Of a DNA stretch of 64,000 bases, positions 24,953 through 40,052 are shown in pieces; the first letter of the stretch is position 1; the number at the start of each line of letters is the position of its first letter. Where the stretch lies: assembly GCF_009914755.1 (NCBI RefSeq), contig NC_060947.1. The stretch is one strand, 5' to 3'. Below the pieces are notes generated by a model that did not search any database, was not told where the DNA came from, and was given only the letters and a program-made list of their open reading frames with translations. Source of the DNA: the human T2T-CHM13v2.0 reference genome, Homo sapiens. The translations under genes were made by a program, and so were the position numbers.

Positions 24953-25220
24953 AGCCTGTAATCCCAGAGCTTTGGGAGGCTAAAGCAGAAGGATCGCTTG
25001 AAGCCAGGAGTTTGAGACCAGCATGGTGAGACCCCCATCTCTACAAAAAAAAAAAAAAAAAAAAAAGCTGGATGCAGTAGCACATGCCTGTATTCCTAGC
25101 TAGTCAGGAAGCTGAGGCGGGAGGATCTCTTGAGCCCAGGAATGCAAGGCTGCAGTGAGCTATTATCATGCCACTGCACTCCAGCCTGGGTGACAGGCTG
25201 AGATCCTGTCTATAAAAAAA
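24953..25220 (+). mobile_element. AluJ-like, 5'-truncated
   Basis: gcctgtaatccc...ttgagcccaggaa...gctgcagtgagctat. Confidence 0.88.
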
Positions 25221-25668
25221 TTAGAAATGAAAATTATATATGTGGAAAATAAGTGTTCTTGAGGATGTGAAGAAATTGGAACTCTTGTGAACTGCTGATG
25301 GGAAAGTAAAATGGTACAGGCACCCAGGTAAATATTTTGTCATGTTCTCAAAAATTTAAACACAGAATTACCATATAACCAGGCAATTTCCCTCCAAAGT
25401 ATATACCCAAAATAATAGATAACAGGGACTCAAGCAGATACTTGGTGACCAATGTTCCCTGTAGTATTTACAATGGCCAAAAGGTGGAAAAAACCCAAAT
25501 GTCTATCAATTGATAAATGGACAAAAAATATGTGGTATATACACTAGATGGAATATTATTAACCCATAAAAATGAAGGAACTTCTGATACATGCTACAAC
25601 ATGAATGAACCTGGAAAACATTATGCTAATTCAAATAGGTCAGACACAAAAAGAGAAATATAGTATGA

Positions 25669-25992
<324 letters not shown>

Positions 25993-26191
25993 CTAGAATA
26001 AGAAAATTCATAGAGAAGACAGAAAGTAAATTAGACTTTACCAGGGCTGGGGAAAATGGGGAGTCATTCCTTACCGGGTACAGAGTTTCTGCTTGGGGTG
26101 ATAAAAGGGTTTTGGAAATATTTGATGGTGATGGTTGCATATCATTTTTAATACAATCAATATTTCTGAATTACACACTTAAAATGATTAA

Positions 26192-26517
<326 letters not shown>

Positions 26518-26544
26518 TGTTATATATATTTTAGCTTAATAAAA

Positions 26545-27800
26545 GCCATGTAGGCTTAGGATCAGATAAACTCAAACTCAAATCTTGGTTCTATAAATAA
26601 CAATAATTTTGTGACCTTTAAAAAATTAACCTTACTAAGCTTCAGATTTCTTAATCTCTAAAATAATCACAAAAATAACATCATATTTTACTGGGTTATG
26701 TGAAGACTGATGAAATATATGCATGTAATGTGCTTATCACTGTATCTGTCCAATAAACAAAAGCTATTATTATTATCAAAAACATATAAATTGATCATAT
26801 CATTCCCCACAGTTAAAAACTTCCAGGACTCCACACTGTGCTTGGGATAAAATCCATAGTTGTTACTATGACCTACAAAATCCCCTATGATCTGGCCTGG
26901 GCCAGAACACTCTCTCATCAGTGTTCACTTCAGACACAATGGCCTTCTTTTAGTTCCTTAGACAAACCACTAAGCTTGTTCCTACCTCAGGACCTTTGTG
27001 CGCTTGCCATGACTAGAACACTCTTTCTCCAATTTTTCTCATGACTGGCTTCTTTTCAATGTTCAGGTCACACCTGAAGTGTCACATTTTCAGAGGCTGT
27101 CCATTATGACTCCTTCTAAAGTTGCCCTAGACCAACTCCACCCCCACAAGTAACATCGAATCACCGATTTTATTGTCTTCAAAGCATTTATTGCATTTGT
27201 TGCAATCTGAAATTATTTATCTAATTATTTGTTTAACATCTGCCTCCCACCCTCTGGCACACCACTAAAATGTAAGGTCTACATAAGCAGAGACTTCATC
27301 TGTCCTGTTCATTGTACAAGGAATGGTGTCAGGTACAGAGTGTGGCCAAATTAACATCTGTTTAGTGAATCAGTGAATGAACACATGAAGCAAATTTGCA
27401 ACCTCAGTGCAGAACAAGCATGAATTCCTATCCAAATATGACTATAACATCAGAATACTGGATCAACTCCTTTTATTCTACATATTCTGAGTTAACTTTT
27501 TCAAGTAAAAACACATTTTTCCAATATAACTTTAATGTAATACTAGAAATAGTTACCACTTATTGAGTATTATTTGTAAGTTGTTATGTTAAGCACTTGA
27601 TATGCATTACCTCTTTGAATCCTCATACAAGCCTGTGAATGTTACTATTCTTATCCCAATTTTACAGAAGAGGAATGAGCCTGAGCCTCAGAAAACGAAC
27701 TGTTCCAAAGTTGCACAAGCTAATAGAAGTAAAAGAAATGGAGATTCAAACCCATAATTGACTCTAAAGCCCTTACTTCTAACCTCGACAATATACTAGG
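26545..27800. mobile_element. MIR and L2 relics
   Basis: MIR core-like (caaatcttggttcta...gtgacctt; cccaattttacagaagagg) and L2 3'-like (aaaatgtaaggtctacataagcagagact...gtgaatcagtgaatgaa) motifs. Confidence 0.6.
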
Positions 27801-28617
27801 TTATATACTAGGAAAGGGCACTAAACCACGTTCAAATTCTGCATTTTCCATTTACTACTTACATTACCTTAAACAAAAATCTTAACCTTCTGACTCTCAA
27901 TATTCCCAATGTAGAAGTAGATAACCTTGTGAAGAAACCACCATATATTTTATAAGGAAAGGCACTAAGGAAATGCTTTAAGGACACAGCACACCCCTAA
28001 ATGAGATCCCACAGACACCAGGTATAAGACAGTACTAGTAGACTTAACTCAGTACCAAGTATAAACTCTTTAGCCTCGTATTCAAGGCCCTGCAGTCTCA
28101 CGCCAATCTACTCTCCAGTTTCACCTCTTGCACTCCTTGTATGAAACATGTATATTCTAATCACACCAGATTACTATATGTTCCCCAAATATGCCACACT
28201 TTTTCATACTGTGCTTTTTGTTCATATGATTTCCTCTATATAAAACATACTTTCTCAAAGATTTCCTTATTTAAATAGTAAGGCATTTAGCAGACTCGTT
28301 TCTTCTTTCAAGAGTGGAGTCTACTTAATTTGCTCATATAGGTCTACCTTGGCTCTAGTTGCTGAGACCAAGTCTACAATGAGACAGGGTAGATTAAGAA
28401 CTCCAGCCCCATACACTAGATTTACTGTCATGTCAATGTGGCTACCAGCCTGACTCTGACTTTGTGTCCCATTTGAAACATCAGGACTTCTATCTGGTTC
28501 AGAATTCCCAGTCTCTACCTTGCATACCACTTGAGTGCCAGATGAATTTTGTGTGAATCACACCCTCCATTGATAGTCATGCCCTCTATAACTGGATCAT
28601 ATTTGGTTATGGAAAAT

Positions 28618-29019
<402 letters not shown>

Positions 29020-30466
29020 TGAGGTACCATACCTCCGTTTTAAAATAATGTCAACTCTTGAGTTCCTATTGCTACAATGTGTTGACTATCATCATTTAGC
29101 CAAAACTGTTATGCTGTAGTCCTTCCAGGCCTTGACAGTAAGAATGGGGCTCTGTTTTTAATGCAAGAGGGATTTAAGTGTGTTGCTATATGGAGGGAGA
29201 AAAAATAAGAAAATACAAGGAGTGGGATAAAAAACCCAAATGAAGAGATCATCTATGGGCAGGAGAAGGGCCAGGATGTTTTCTGGGATGAGAGATAAAA
29301 AGGCAAAGATAGGTGAGGATAAAGAGGAGTTTTGCAGAAGGCTAGAAAATGAGTGGGTCGATGGTTGCCCAGTGGCACAGAGGAGACAAGAAACCATGGT
29401 CTTGTGGTTAGAATAGTTAGTTTACATAACTTGTAGCTCCATAAAGTCAAGGACGGTATCTTATTCAACTCCATCCCTAGGGCCTAGCATTGAAATAGGC
29501 GAAAATGGGTGCTCAAGATACACTTGCTAAATTAAAATATAATGTAATACAGGAAATCAAACATGAGTATAAAGAGAAGAGAATCTGTTATTTTCTGAGT
29601 AGCTCTAATATACTATGCATAGTCTAGATATTTGACCCCCATTTAATGATCAAAGTTGCTGTATAATAAACTTTAGTAGTACTGTTTTACAAATGAAGAA
29701 ACTAAACCTCAGGAAGATTAAATATCTTACCCAATGCAAAAAACCAGTAAGAGGTGGGTTAAACTATCTAAAATTTACTACATTCCCCTGCTGCAAAGCG
29801 TTCCATATCAACTACAGGACTAAGTATACTCACCTTGAGAGGATATACATGATCCCTCATGAGATGGCAACGCGTACTTTGAAAACTTTCTTTGTACAAG
29901 CTGAGCCCTCCACTTAGCATCCTTGTACCTCACACTCCACTTCACTGGCTAATTTCAAATCGTCCTTCAAGATTCCATACAAGAAGATGTATCATCTTCT
30001 CAGTGGTGTCTTCTCTAAGTCTTCCTCAATATCCCCATATCCTATCTTTGTTTGCAGTCCTTCCTGTACTCTCTCTGTGTACACGATCATATTATAACCC
30101 CGACCTCACATACTGTCCTTGTAAATTTGTCTGTCTCCAAAGTATTTAAGGCCGTAGGCAAATTTTCTCTTTACTATAGTTTTGCTTGTCAGGCATAAAT
30201 TTAATATTCCATCACATAGATTTCTTATCTGTGCTAGCTATAAATATAGTAACTAAGCTTGTAACAGGCATAGACTTAGTTCTGAGGGGAATCTACAGAG
30301 GACAGGCCATTACAACTGGCTTTCAACACCCTTATAGTCCACCAAGGACAAGAGATGCATCCCAAAAGCCCAATATTCCTTTCAGTTGTAAAAAGAAATG
30401 TTGACATTAAGTTATGTGCTAGCCATGTCCTTCCCAGAGTTACAGTAAATCAAGAATAAATTGCCA

Positions 30467-30723
30467 GGTGGAGCGCAGTGGCTCATGCCTGTAATATCAG
30501 CACTTTGGGAGGCCAAGGCGGGAGGATTGCTTGAGCCCAGGAGTTTGAGACCAGCCTGGGTAACATGGCAAAACCCAGTCTCTACAAAAAAAAAAAAAAA
30601 CACACAAAAATTAGCTGGGCATGGTGGGGTGTGCCTGTATTTCCAGCTACTCTGAAGGCTGAGGTGGGAGGTTGCAATGAGCTGAGATCACGCTACTGCA
30701 CTCCACTCATCTCAAAATTTTAA
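30467..30723 (+). mobile_element. AluJ-like with right-arm deletions
   Basis: TSD AAGAATAAATTGCCA. Confidence 0.88.
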
Positions 30724-30751
30724 AAGAATAAATTGCCAATTATTGTGGAAA

Positions 30752-32085
30752 GATGCAGAGCAAGATGTCGAAATAGAAGGCTCCACCGATTGTCCCCCTC
30801 CACTGCAGTGACACCAAGTTAACAACTATCTACACAGAAAAAAATACCTTCATCAGAACCAAAAATCATGTAAGCACTCATAGTACAAAGTACCTGGTTG
30901 TAACTTCATATCGCCGAAAGGACACTGAGGAGATAGATAAAACAGTCCAGAATTGCAGACACCACCACCCTGCCAACTCCTGGCAGCAGCAGCATGTTTC
31001 AGAGAACATCTCTGGCTGCTGGAGGAGGGAGAACACAGCAATTGTGATGCATTGAACTCAGTGCTTTCCTATTGAAGCAGAAAAGAAAACTGGACCAAAA
31101 ATGGGCAAAAGATTTGAATAGACATTTCTCAAAAAAAAAAAGACATACAAATGGCAAACGGGCATATGAAAAGATGCTCAACATCATTGATCAAAGCAAT
31201 GCAAATCAAAACTATAATGAGATATCATCTCACCCAGTTAAAATGGCTTATATCCAAAAGACAGGCAATAACAAATGCTAGGGAGGATGTGGAGAAAAGG
31301 GAACTGAGGTACACTGTTGGTGGGCATGTAAATTAGTACAACCACTATGGAGAACAGTTTGGAGGTTCCTTACAAAACTAAAAATTGAACTACTATAAGA
31401 TCCAGCAATCCCACTGCTGGGTACATACCCCAAAGAAAGGAAATCAGTGTATCAAAGAGATATCTGTACTCCAATGTTTGTTGCAGCACTGTTTACAATA
31501 GCTAAGATTTGGAAGCAACCTAAATGTCCATCAACAGATGAATGGATAAAGAAAATGTAGTATGTGTACACAGTGGAGTAATTATTCAGCCATAAAAAAG
31601 AATGAGATCTAGTCACTTGCAACAACATGGATAGAACTGGAGATCATTATATTAAGTGAAATAAGCTAGGCACAGAAAGACAAACATCACATGTTCTCAC
31701 TTATTTGTGGGATCTAAAAATCAAAACAATTGAACTCATGGACATAGGGTATAGAAAGATGCTTACCAGAGGCTGGGAAAGGTAGTGGAGGGATGATGGG
31801 GAGGTGGGGATGGTAAATGAGTATAAAAAATTAGAACGAATGAATAAGACCTACTATCGGATAGCAATACAGAGTGAATATAGTCAATAATAACTTAATT
31901 ATACATTTTAAAATAAAGAGTATAATTGGACTGTTTGTAACACAAAGGATAAATGCTTGAGGTGATGAATACCCCATTTACCCTGATGTGATTATTATGC
32001 ATTGCATGCCTGTATCAAAACATCTCATGTACTCCATAAATGTATATACCTACTATGTACCCCAAAAAATTAAAAATAAAAAAAT
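30752..32085 (+). mobile_element. L1MA-like element, 5'UTR fused directly to the 3' end
   Basis: gagcaagatg..gaaatagaaggctccaccgattg (L1M 5' end) up to about 31095, then aaaaatgggcaaaagatttg through the 3'UTR and A tail. Confidence 0.75.
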
Positions 32086-33129
32086 GGCCTATGGAGATTG
32101 CTGTGTTTTATATCTGCCTTTTGAGAACTTATTTTATTCTTTTAGTTTAATGTAATGAAATGGATACTGATGCAAGAGCAACTGCCCAACCAAAAGTCTA
32201 AGGGTAATGAGCTTTGCACCATTCCTTGAGAATCTCCTATAGATGAGCAGCTGGCTGGGCCCAATTCAGGATGACACAAAATGCCTCGAGAACACCATGT
32301 CCAGGCAGCCAGAGCCAATAAGCATCTGTCCTAGCCAGAGGAAGTTAGCACAAATTGCCAAAGTTTTAAAACATTGGCTCTGGATCAGCAAATCTCCCCT
32401 CTGTGTACTGAGAAGCCTTCTTCTCTGATCAAATAAAGTTGGAATCACTTGGGCTGGCAAGACCAGCTGTGGAGCTGACAGCTGTTGTCCCTCGCCTCTT
32501 CCCACTTGGAAGGAGATGTGAGCTTATATAACCTCCTCCACCCACTTGCACCAGTCCCCGAGGATCCCAGCATGCGGAACAGGCAGGGCTGTGAGCTCTG
32601 AGTGAATACTGTATCACTCTTTGTATAGGAGGAGAACGCTTCTTGTCAGCAGGACATGGTACTTTGGCATGTAACAAACTAAGGCCTTTCTTCACAAGGG
32701 CACTCCAGCAAAGGTTTCCTAAATTCTTGCTGGGGTGTCAAGAGAAAAAATAACGAGCATAATGAATGAGAACTCTAAAAACTATAATGTCAGATTCACC
32801 TTCAACACTATATACAAAATTCAGATTCATGACTATTTTTAAGGTAAGGATAAATGTGGAAAAAGGAGATGGCACAGTTCAGCAACTTCTCAGACAGCCA
32901 AGATACATGGGGTCACTGGCTCTTAATCTCCGCCCCAAGGGAAATTGCCTCATTGCTCTTTTCCTATGTTAGACAGAAATGGCAAGGCCAAATTGTCTTA
33001 CAGACTGCTAAGGAATCAGTCATACAGATAAATCAATCAAGCCAAGGATTATAAACCTTGTAAGAGTTCATAAACTATAAGTTAAAAGGAAGACTTATAA
33101 AGTCATCTTTAAAATGTATAGAAGTATTT

Positions 33130-33620
33130 CACGGAAATAGAACTAATGTTTCAATGCCAAGCATGGTTTTATGCACTATCTCATTGAATCCTCACAATAA
33201 CCCTGTGAGGCTGATATAATTATTGTTCACATTTTAGAGTTGAAAACAAGGCTCAGAGGAGTGAAGTACTTCACTCCATGTCACAGAACTAGTAAGTAGC
33301 AGAGTTGGCCTGCTCAGTTCTGATGCCTATGTGCCACGTGGCTAAAGGCGTGGACTCTGGAATCACATAACCTGGGTTCAAGTACCAGCTCTGCTCCTTT
33401 CTAGTGCTTGACTGTGCCAAAGTTATGTCACCTCCCTGTGCCTTAGGTTTTTGTTGCTGTTGTTCCTTGTTCGTGTTTGGTATTTGCGTTTATTTTAATC
33501 TGTAAAACAGAAATAAGTAAGACTCCCTGTCTCATAGTTTTGAGGATTAAATGAATTAGTACCTGTAGACTTCTTAGAAGAATATCTGGCACTATATGAG
33601 CATGATATGAATGTCTGACA
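33130..33620. mobile_element. Two MIR fragments in opposite orientation
   Basis: aatcctcacaataaccctgtgagg...aaggctcagagg, and ctgggttcaagtaccagctctgc...tgaggattaaatga. Confidence 0.7.
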
Positions 33621-33945
33621 AATAAACACATATAAATATGTTATAATAGCATAAAGACAGAAGAGGCCATGAGTCATATCTAGCCCACTGTGCTTCTTTC
33701 AGGAATAACTCCACTTAACACATCACATAGCAACAGATGCCTCTCTAAAAGATCTTTGGGGACAGCAATGTTACCAGTTTCCCTAACAATATATAACATT
33801 TAAGTACAGTTACATGCAAAAAGCACTTACTCTGCCTGAACTTCAGTTCTTCCTATTATGATTTTGGCCTACTTCTCCTTGTTCAGGGCTTTGAAGAAAT
33901 GGAAAACAGATAAGCATGGTAATGTGGAAAGAAGAATTGTAGTAA

Positions 33946-34312
<367 letters not shown>

Positions 34313-34679
34313 CCCTCCTCAAATATTAACTATTCTTCTAAAGCAATGAAGATTGAGGAATGGAAAAAGAACTCAAAGTTCCAGTCTTTACTGATTCAAC
34401 CTAGCTGTTTGAACATAGACTAATCATTGCATTCATTTACTCTACATCCTTATCTAGGTAAGTGAAAATATAAGATGAAGACATCACATGGACCCTTAAT
34501 GCTCAAATATCAAGGAAAATGACTTGTTCAAGGTCATACTAAAAAAGTGTCACAGTTAGGACTCAAAACCAGATCTCCTAACCATAAGGATCTTCCCACT
34601 ACACCTCTCACTCTCCATCAGAGTATCTTTTCTAGCTCTCATCTTCTGACTTCCTACTGCCACTACTTTTCAGCCAAGG

Positions 34680-35160
34680 CATGGCAGATTGAATTATTGT
34701 TCCCAAATTTCCCCCCACCTCTCTGTATCCATGTACTCTGCCATGTGACCTTGCAGTTCTGCTAAAGGAAGAATGTATTTCACCTCCTTACTGATGTTGG
34801 GCTTGGCCATATGATTTGTTTTGGCCAACTGAATTTGTAAGGAAGCAATGGTAGGCTGGCTTTGAGCCTAGCTTTGAAAGACCTCACGTGTCTCTGCTTA
34901 CCCACCATGCACTTCTGCCACCATCCTGAGAATAATCTGCCTCAGGTGACCCTCTGATCCCTGAAAAATTGAGACACATACAGCAGACCTAAATGGAACT
35001 TGTGGCCTGAGCCAAGCCCCATCGAACCTAATTGAAAAAAAACAAAGCTACCTCAGCCAACCCATAGATGTGTGAGCCAGAAATAAATGCTTATTGCTTT
35101 ATGCCACTGAATTTTGGGATGCTTTGTTATGTTATTCTTATGATATCTAACCAATATGCA
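34680..35160 (+). mobile_element. MLT1-family MaLR LTR
   Basis: gccatgtgaccttgcag...gggcttggccatatgatttg...aataaatgcttattgctttatgccactga. Confidence 0.7.
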
Positions 35161-36549
35161 AGGTTTTCTGGGGTTCTCAGAAAAGTATTTCCTGGCAATA
35201 ATACTGTCTTAAAGAACTAAAAATCTGAGCCCAAATTAAATCGCCATACATATCATCAGGCAACATCATCTACCAACAATTTCCCATTTTCCAATGAGAG
35301 GGTTTACCCATGAACTCAAACACCAGCTTGTTTAAAGTTCTTATTTTCCTGCCTCAGTTTCCTCACAAAATAAATGTTACAGTAGGGACTGCATCATAGA
35401 GTTGTCGAAAGGCTCAAAAGAGATTGCATGATAAATATTTAATACATATTGAGTGTTTCATAAGAATAGCAATGATGATGATGAATTGGCATCTTCCTTG
35501 ATACAATCAAGGAGAGGAAAGTAAATGCTTTGAAAACAATATAACAATTTCCTTTTAACTATTGAATTCTGGTTGGGGTGCAGGGCTTTTCCCCCCTTAC
35601 TTGCCTACTAATGCCAGCCACTTCCTAATTGTCAACGGAAGTGAGAAGCAGCTTTATCTCACACACACAGAGGCTACATAAGTAAATAAGAAAAAAAATC
35701 CTCTGGACATGCATATCCTACTGTGAGCAGAAGCCAGTTTCCTGGGGAGTTTTTTTTTAGAGGAAGTCTGGCTTTGGAAGATGGACCTCCTCGAAGATTG
35801 CTGTGCCTGGTGAGACTGACAACATAGTGCCAGTTGAAAGACAAATTTTTAAACACCCACTTTGGTTAAAAAACAAGCAAGTAAAAAAAAAAGTTATATT
35901 AACTAAGTTGTCTGGATAAATATTGGCTTAGTAGTTTATTAAAATAAAAATACACCCCTTGATTTTCAAAACAGAAATCTGGAGACTCAGCTAGGCTCTA
36001 GTCTTGGCTTGTATTAATCATAGAACTTTATAAGTAAAATAAACCATATAGTTCATTATCCTCATTTTTTTTCAGATAAGGAAACTGTGATGCAAAAAGG
36101 TGCATCTGATTCTTTCTGAAGAGAAATGGCTAAAGCAGGAATGGGTTAAATGAGGGCCAAGACATTGGGTCTACAAGGTTATCTCAGCATAATTTGAACA
36201 AAAATAAAACTCATACAGCTCTGCCCAAAATATTATATTTATGGAATATCTCTGAAGAACTGGTGATTACATCTGACTAGGAATCAGGCGACCTGGGTTC
36301 TGATCCCATCTCCCCTGCTAACCATCTATGCTCCTGGGTCAGTCACTTAACCTTCTAAGCCTCAGTTCCCCCAACTGTAAAGTGAGGTGGGACTAATAAC
36401 TTTGAAGGTCTCTTCTGCTGCTAAATGTAAGCTACAATATAAATGGATAGTAATAAGTCAATTTCAGTTAAATTTTTTAAAATTTTTAAACCACAATATG
36501 CTTACATCATATAGGCAGAAATCACTGCCAAATATGTTCTTAAAGTGCC

Positions 36550-36980
36550 TGTAGAAGCTAAAGCAACTCCATCTTGGATGCAAATCTACTATATTGACTT
36601 CTGATTAACCTCTGTTCTGGAAATGCCTCTAAGATTTCTACTTTATCTACTGTTATCAGTCTTGCCCGTAGATCAGAATAACTTTGACCATAGATCCTGC
36701 CCTTAGAAAGATTCACACAGCATTCTTGCCTTTGCCGGGCAGGTCAACTTCAATTGTCCTACACATTCCGTCCCTGTGGTATGTACGCCCTGCGTCTAGG
36801 GGGTAACGGCACAGGGATCCACCATCTTGTCTCACTGCTGCCCAAGACTATGGCTTCTATTTGTAAACATCTATTACATGTTTCTCTCTCAGAAACTGGA
36901 TATGTCAGCTTCTTTCTTAAGCCTCTCAGCTTTCTTAGACTTCAGGGGTAGGTGTGCATAGACCTGCTCACTGTGGAACA
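36550..36980 (+). mobile_element. Solo LTR (LTR47-like)
   Basis: TG...CA termini, 5-bp TSD GTGCC/GTGCT, aagcaactccatcttgg start. Confidence 0.7.
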
Positions 36981-37564
36981 GTGCTTAAGACCTGCTGGAG
37001 GAACAAAAGTGGTACAAGCAGCATGAAGGTAGCAAAAGAATATGAGTATTATTCCTTGCTCTGCCACTAGCTTCCCGTAGGACCTAGGAGGTGTCACATT
37101 CCCTCTCTGGGTCTTTGAGGCAATCTCTCTTTGGAAAACAAGATATGGTGAAAGTGCCTCTGTGATTATTATATTAAAGTACTATAGATAGATAACCAGT
37201 ATTTTTCTCTTTCCTGCCCTTTGAATATATTCCAGAGGCTCCTGGTTAGAGTCCAGCATCTCTATTCTCAAAAGGCCATTATGACAGTCACTGTTCATTG
37301 CCAATTCAATAGCCATCCTCTTTCTTCCTATTTCTTCAGATATCAGGCAGGCAAGCAACGTTCTCCAAAAAAAAGTGAGCCCCCCTCCCAGGCCAAAGGG
37401 GAATTTTAGTACTCCTATGTCTTTTTCCTAAATATTGTCCTAGGAGTGGGCCCACAACTCCGCTATTGCCAATGAGTTATTAGGGAAAGTCAGGTGGCAA
37501 CTTTGGTAAGACATTTTTCTCTTGGATAAAAGACAAACTATGCCATGTGAAAAGAGCCCTTTAT

Positions 37565-37867
37565 GGCTGGGCATGGTGGCTCATACCTGTAATCCCAGCA
37601 ATTTGGGAAGCCTCGGCTTCCCAAACACCTGAGGTCAGGAGTTCACAACCAGCCTGGGCAACATGGTGAAACCCCGTCTCTGCCAAAAAATCCAAAAATT
37701 AGCCAGGCGTGGTGGCATGTGCCTGCAATCTCAACTACCTGGGCGGGGCTGAGGCATGAGAATTGCTTGAGCCTGGAAGGCAGAGGTTGCAGTAAGCCAA
37801 GACTGCACCACTCCAGACTGGGAGGCAGATCGAGAATCTGCCTCAAGAAAAAAAAAAAAAAAAAAAA
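37565..37867 (+). mobile_element. AluS containing an internal palindrome
   Basis: Dimeric Alu inserted in an MLT1-like fragment. Confidence 0.92.
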
Positions 37868-38039
37868 GAGCTCCCCCACTTCCTTTCTGCTTGGGATGCT
37901 AACATGTGAGTATGTAATATGTTGAGCTGTGACAGCCATCTTATGACCCTGAGGTGAAGTCTAAGAGAACCACGGAGAAAAGACCTGGAGGACACTGACT
38001 GAAACTTCTAACTGCCTGCCTCAAGAGTTCTTAAGTCAC

Positions 38040-38165
38040 TTACCCATACATATATATGATACAGTTAAATTTATAAATTAGCGACAGTAAGAGATGAGCA
38101 ACAATAACTACTAAAATAGCACAACAAAAATTATAACAATATACTGAAATAAAAGTTATGTGAAT
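38040..38165. mobile_element. MER44/Tigger7-like fragment
   Basis: tttataaattag..acagtaagaga...aataaaagttatgtgaat. Confidence 0.6.
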
Positions 38166-38209
38166 ACGGAAAAGGAAAGTAATTAAATCAACAACAAAAG
38201 TTCTCATAG

Positions 38210-38554
38210 TGTTTGATGATTAACTTTATGTGTCATTGTGGCCATGCCACGGTACCTAAACATTTGCTCAAACACTAGTCTAGATATTTACTTAGAAATA
38301 GTTTTTAGATGAGATTAACATTTAAACCAGTAGTCTTGCGGATATGTGGGCCTCATCTAATCAGTCAAAGGCCTCAGGAGTAAAAAGACTGAGGAAGACG
38401 ACTGAGGAAGAGGAAGAGGGAATGCCTTTGGATTTGAGATGCAACATCAACTCTTCCCTGAGTCTCCATCTTGCCAGCCTGCCCTACAGATTTTGAACTT
38501 GCCAGCCCGTACAATCATATAAGAGAATTCCTTAAACTAAACCCCGCTCTACAT

Positions 38555-38585
<31 letters not shown>

Positions 38586-38630
38586 CACACACACCCCTTG
38601 TTCTGTCTCTTTGAAGAACCCTAAGACATG
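38210..38630 (+). mobile_element. MLT2 LTR with a (CA)n microsatellite at 38551-38594
   Basis: tgatgattaactttatgtgtca...agatgagattaacatttaaa...gaaccctaagaca. Confidence 0.75.
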
Positions 38631-38742
38631 GTATAATGATTTTTGACTAAAAATATACAAAAAGCCTAACTGACTCATTCAATCACTTTGTTCCTAGGCA
38701 TTTATTATTCCTCCCAAATATCCTAGGACAGAAAGTCATTAC

Positions 38743-39323
38743 TGAAGTGGCTGTGTTGTCTGGGGTTTGTCATCTCTTGCCAGGAAAATTTAGGAAACGG
38801 ACACATACGAGGAGCTTAGGAGCAGAGGTTTAACAGGCAGAAGAGAGGAGAAAGAGAAACAGCTCTCTCTACAGAGAGAGGGGGGTCTCCAAAAGGAAAG
38901 GACCTGCTCACTGCGAATGCACCAGATTTTATGGTCCAGCTTGAGGAGGTAGTGTCTGATTTAGGTAGGGCTCACAGATTGGTTTGATCAGGAGCAAGGG
39001 GAAGGCTGGTCTCACCGCCCTAATCTTATTCCACAAATGAATTCTCCTTGGCGGGCACTATCTTGTCTGCTTCTTACTGTACACATGGCTGGCAGAGAAA
39101 GGATGATGGAGGAGCCATCTTGAACATATCTAGTCTCTAGTTCCTGCCAGCATTCACTCATGCAAGCTCTCAGCTTGCTTGTCTATGTCTGCAGCTCGAC
39201 TTTACAGGCTGCGCATTGTTAGAAAATGATTTGAGGCTGCTTTTCATTAAAAAGAAAAGTCTTACCAAGGACTCCTATACCCTTACTATCTGCCTAAGTG
39301 ATTTCTTCTTAACTCCTATATCA
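38743..39323 (-). mobile_element. ERV1 solo LTR (MER61/LTR9 group), same sense as OPHN1
   Basis: Minus strand starts tgatataggagttaagaagaaatcacttaggcag. TG...CA termini, 4-bp TSD TTAC (38739-42, 39324-27). Confidence 0.85.
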
Positions 39324-39351
39324 TTACCAAAGTCCCTGGAATCTTAATATA

Positions 39352-40052
<701 letters not shown>

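Noticed and set aside
35761-35809. Plus-strand 49-nt exon-like unit (ttttttttag|...ctg|gtgaga)
   Set aside because: Antisense to OPHN1, short pyrimidine tract and no partner exons; such matches arise by chance in 64 kb.
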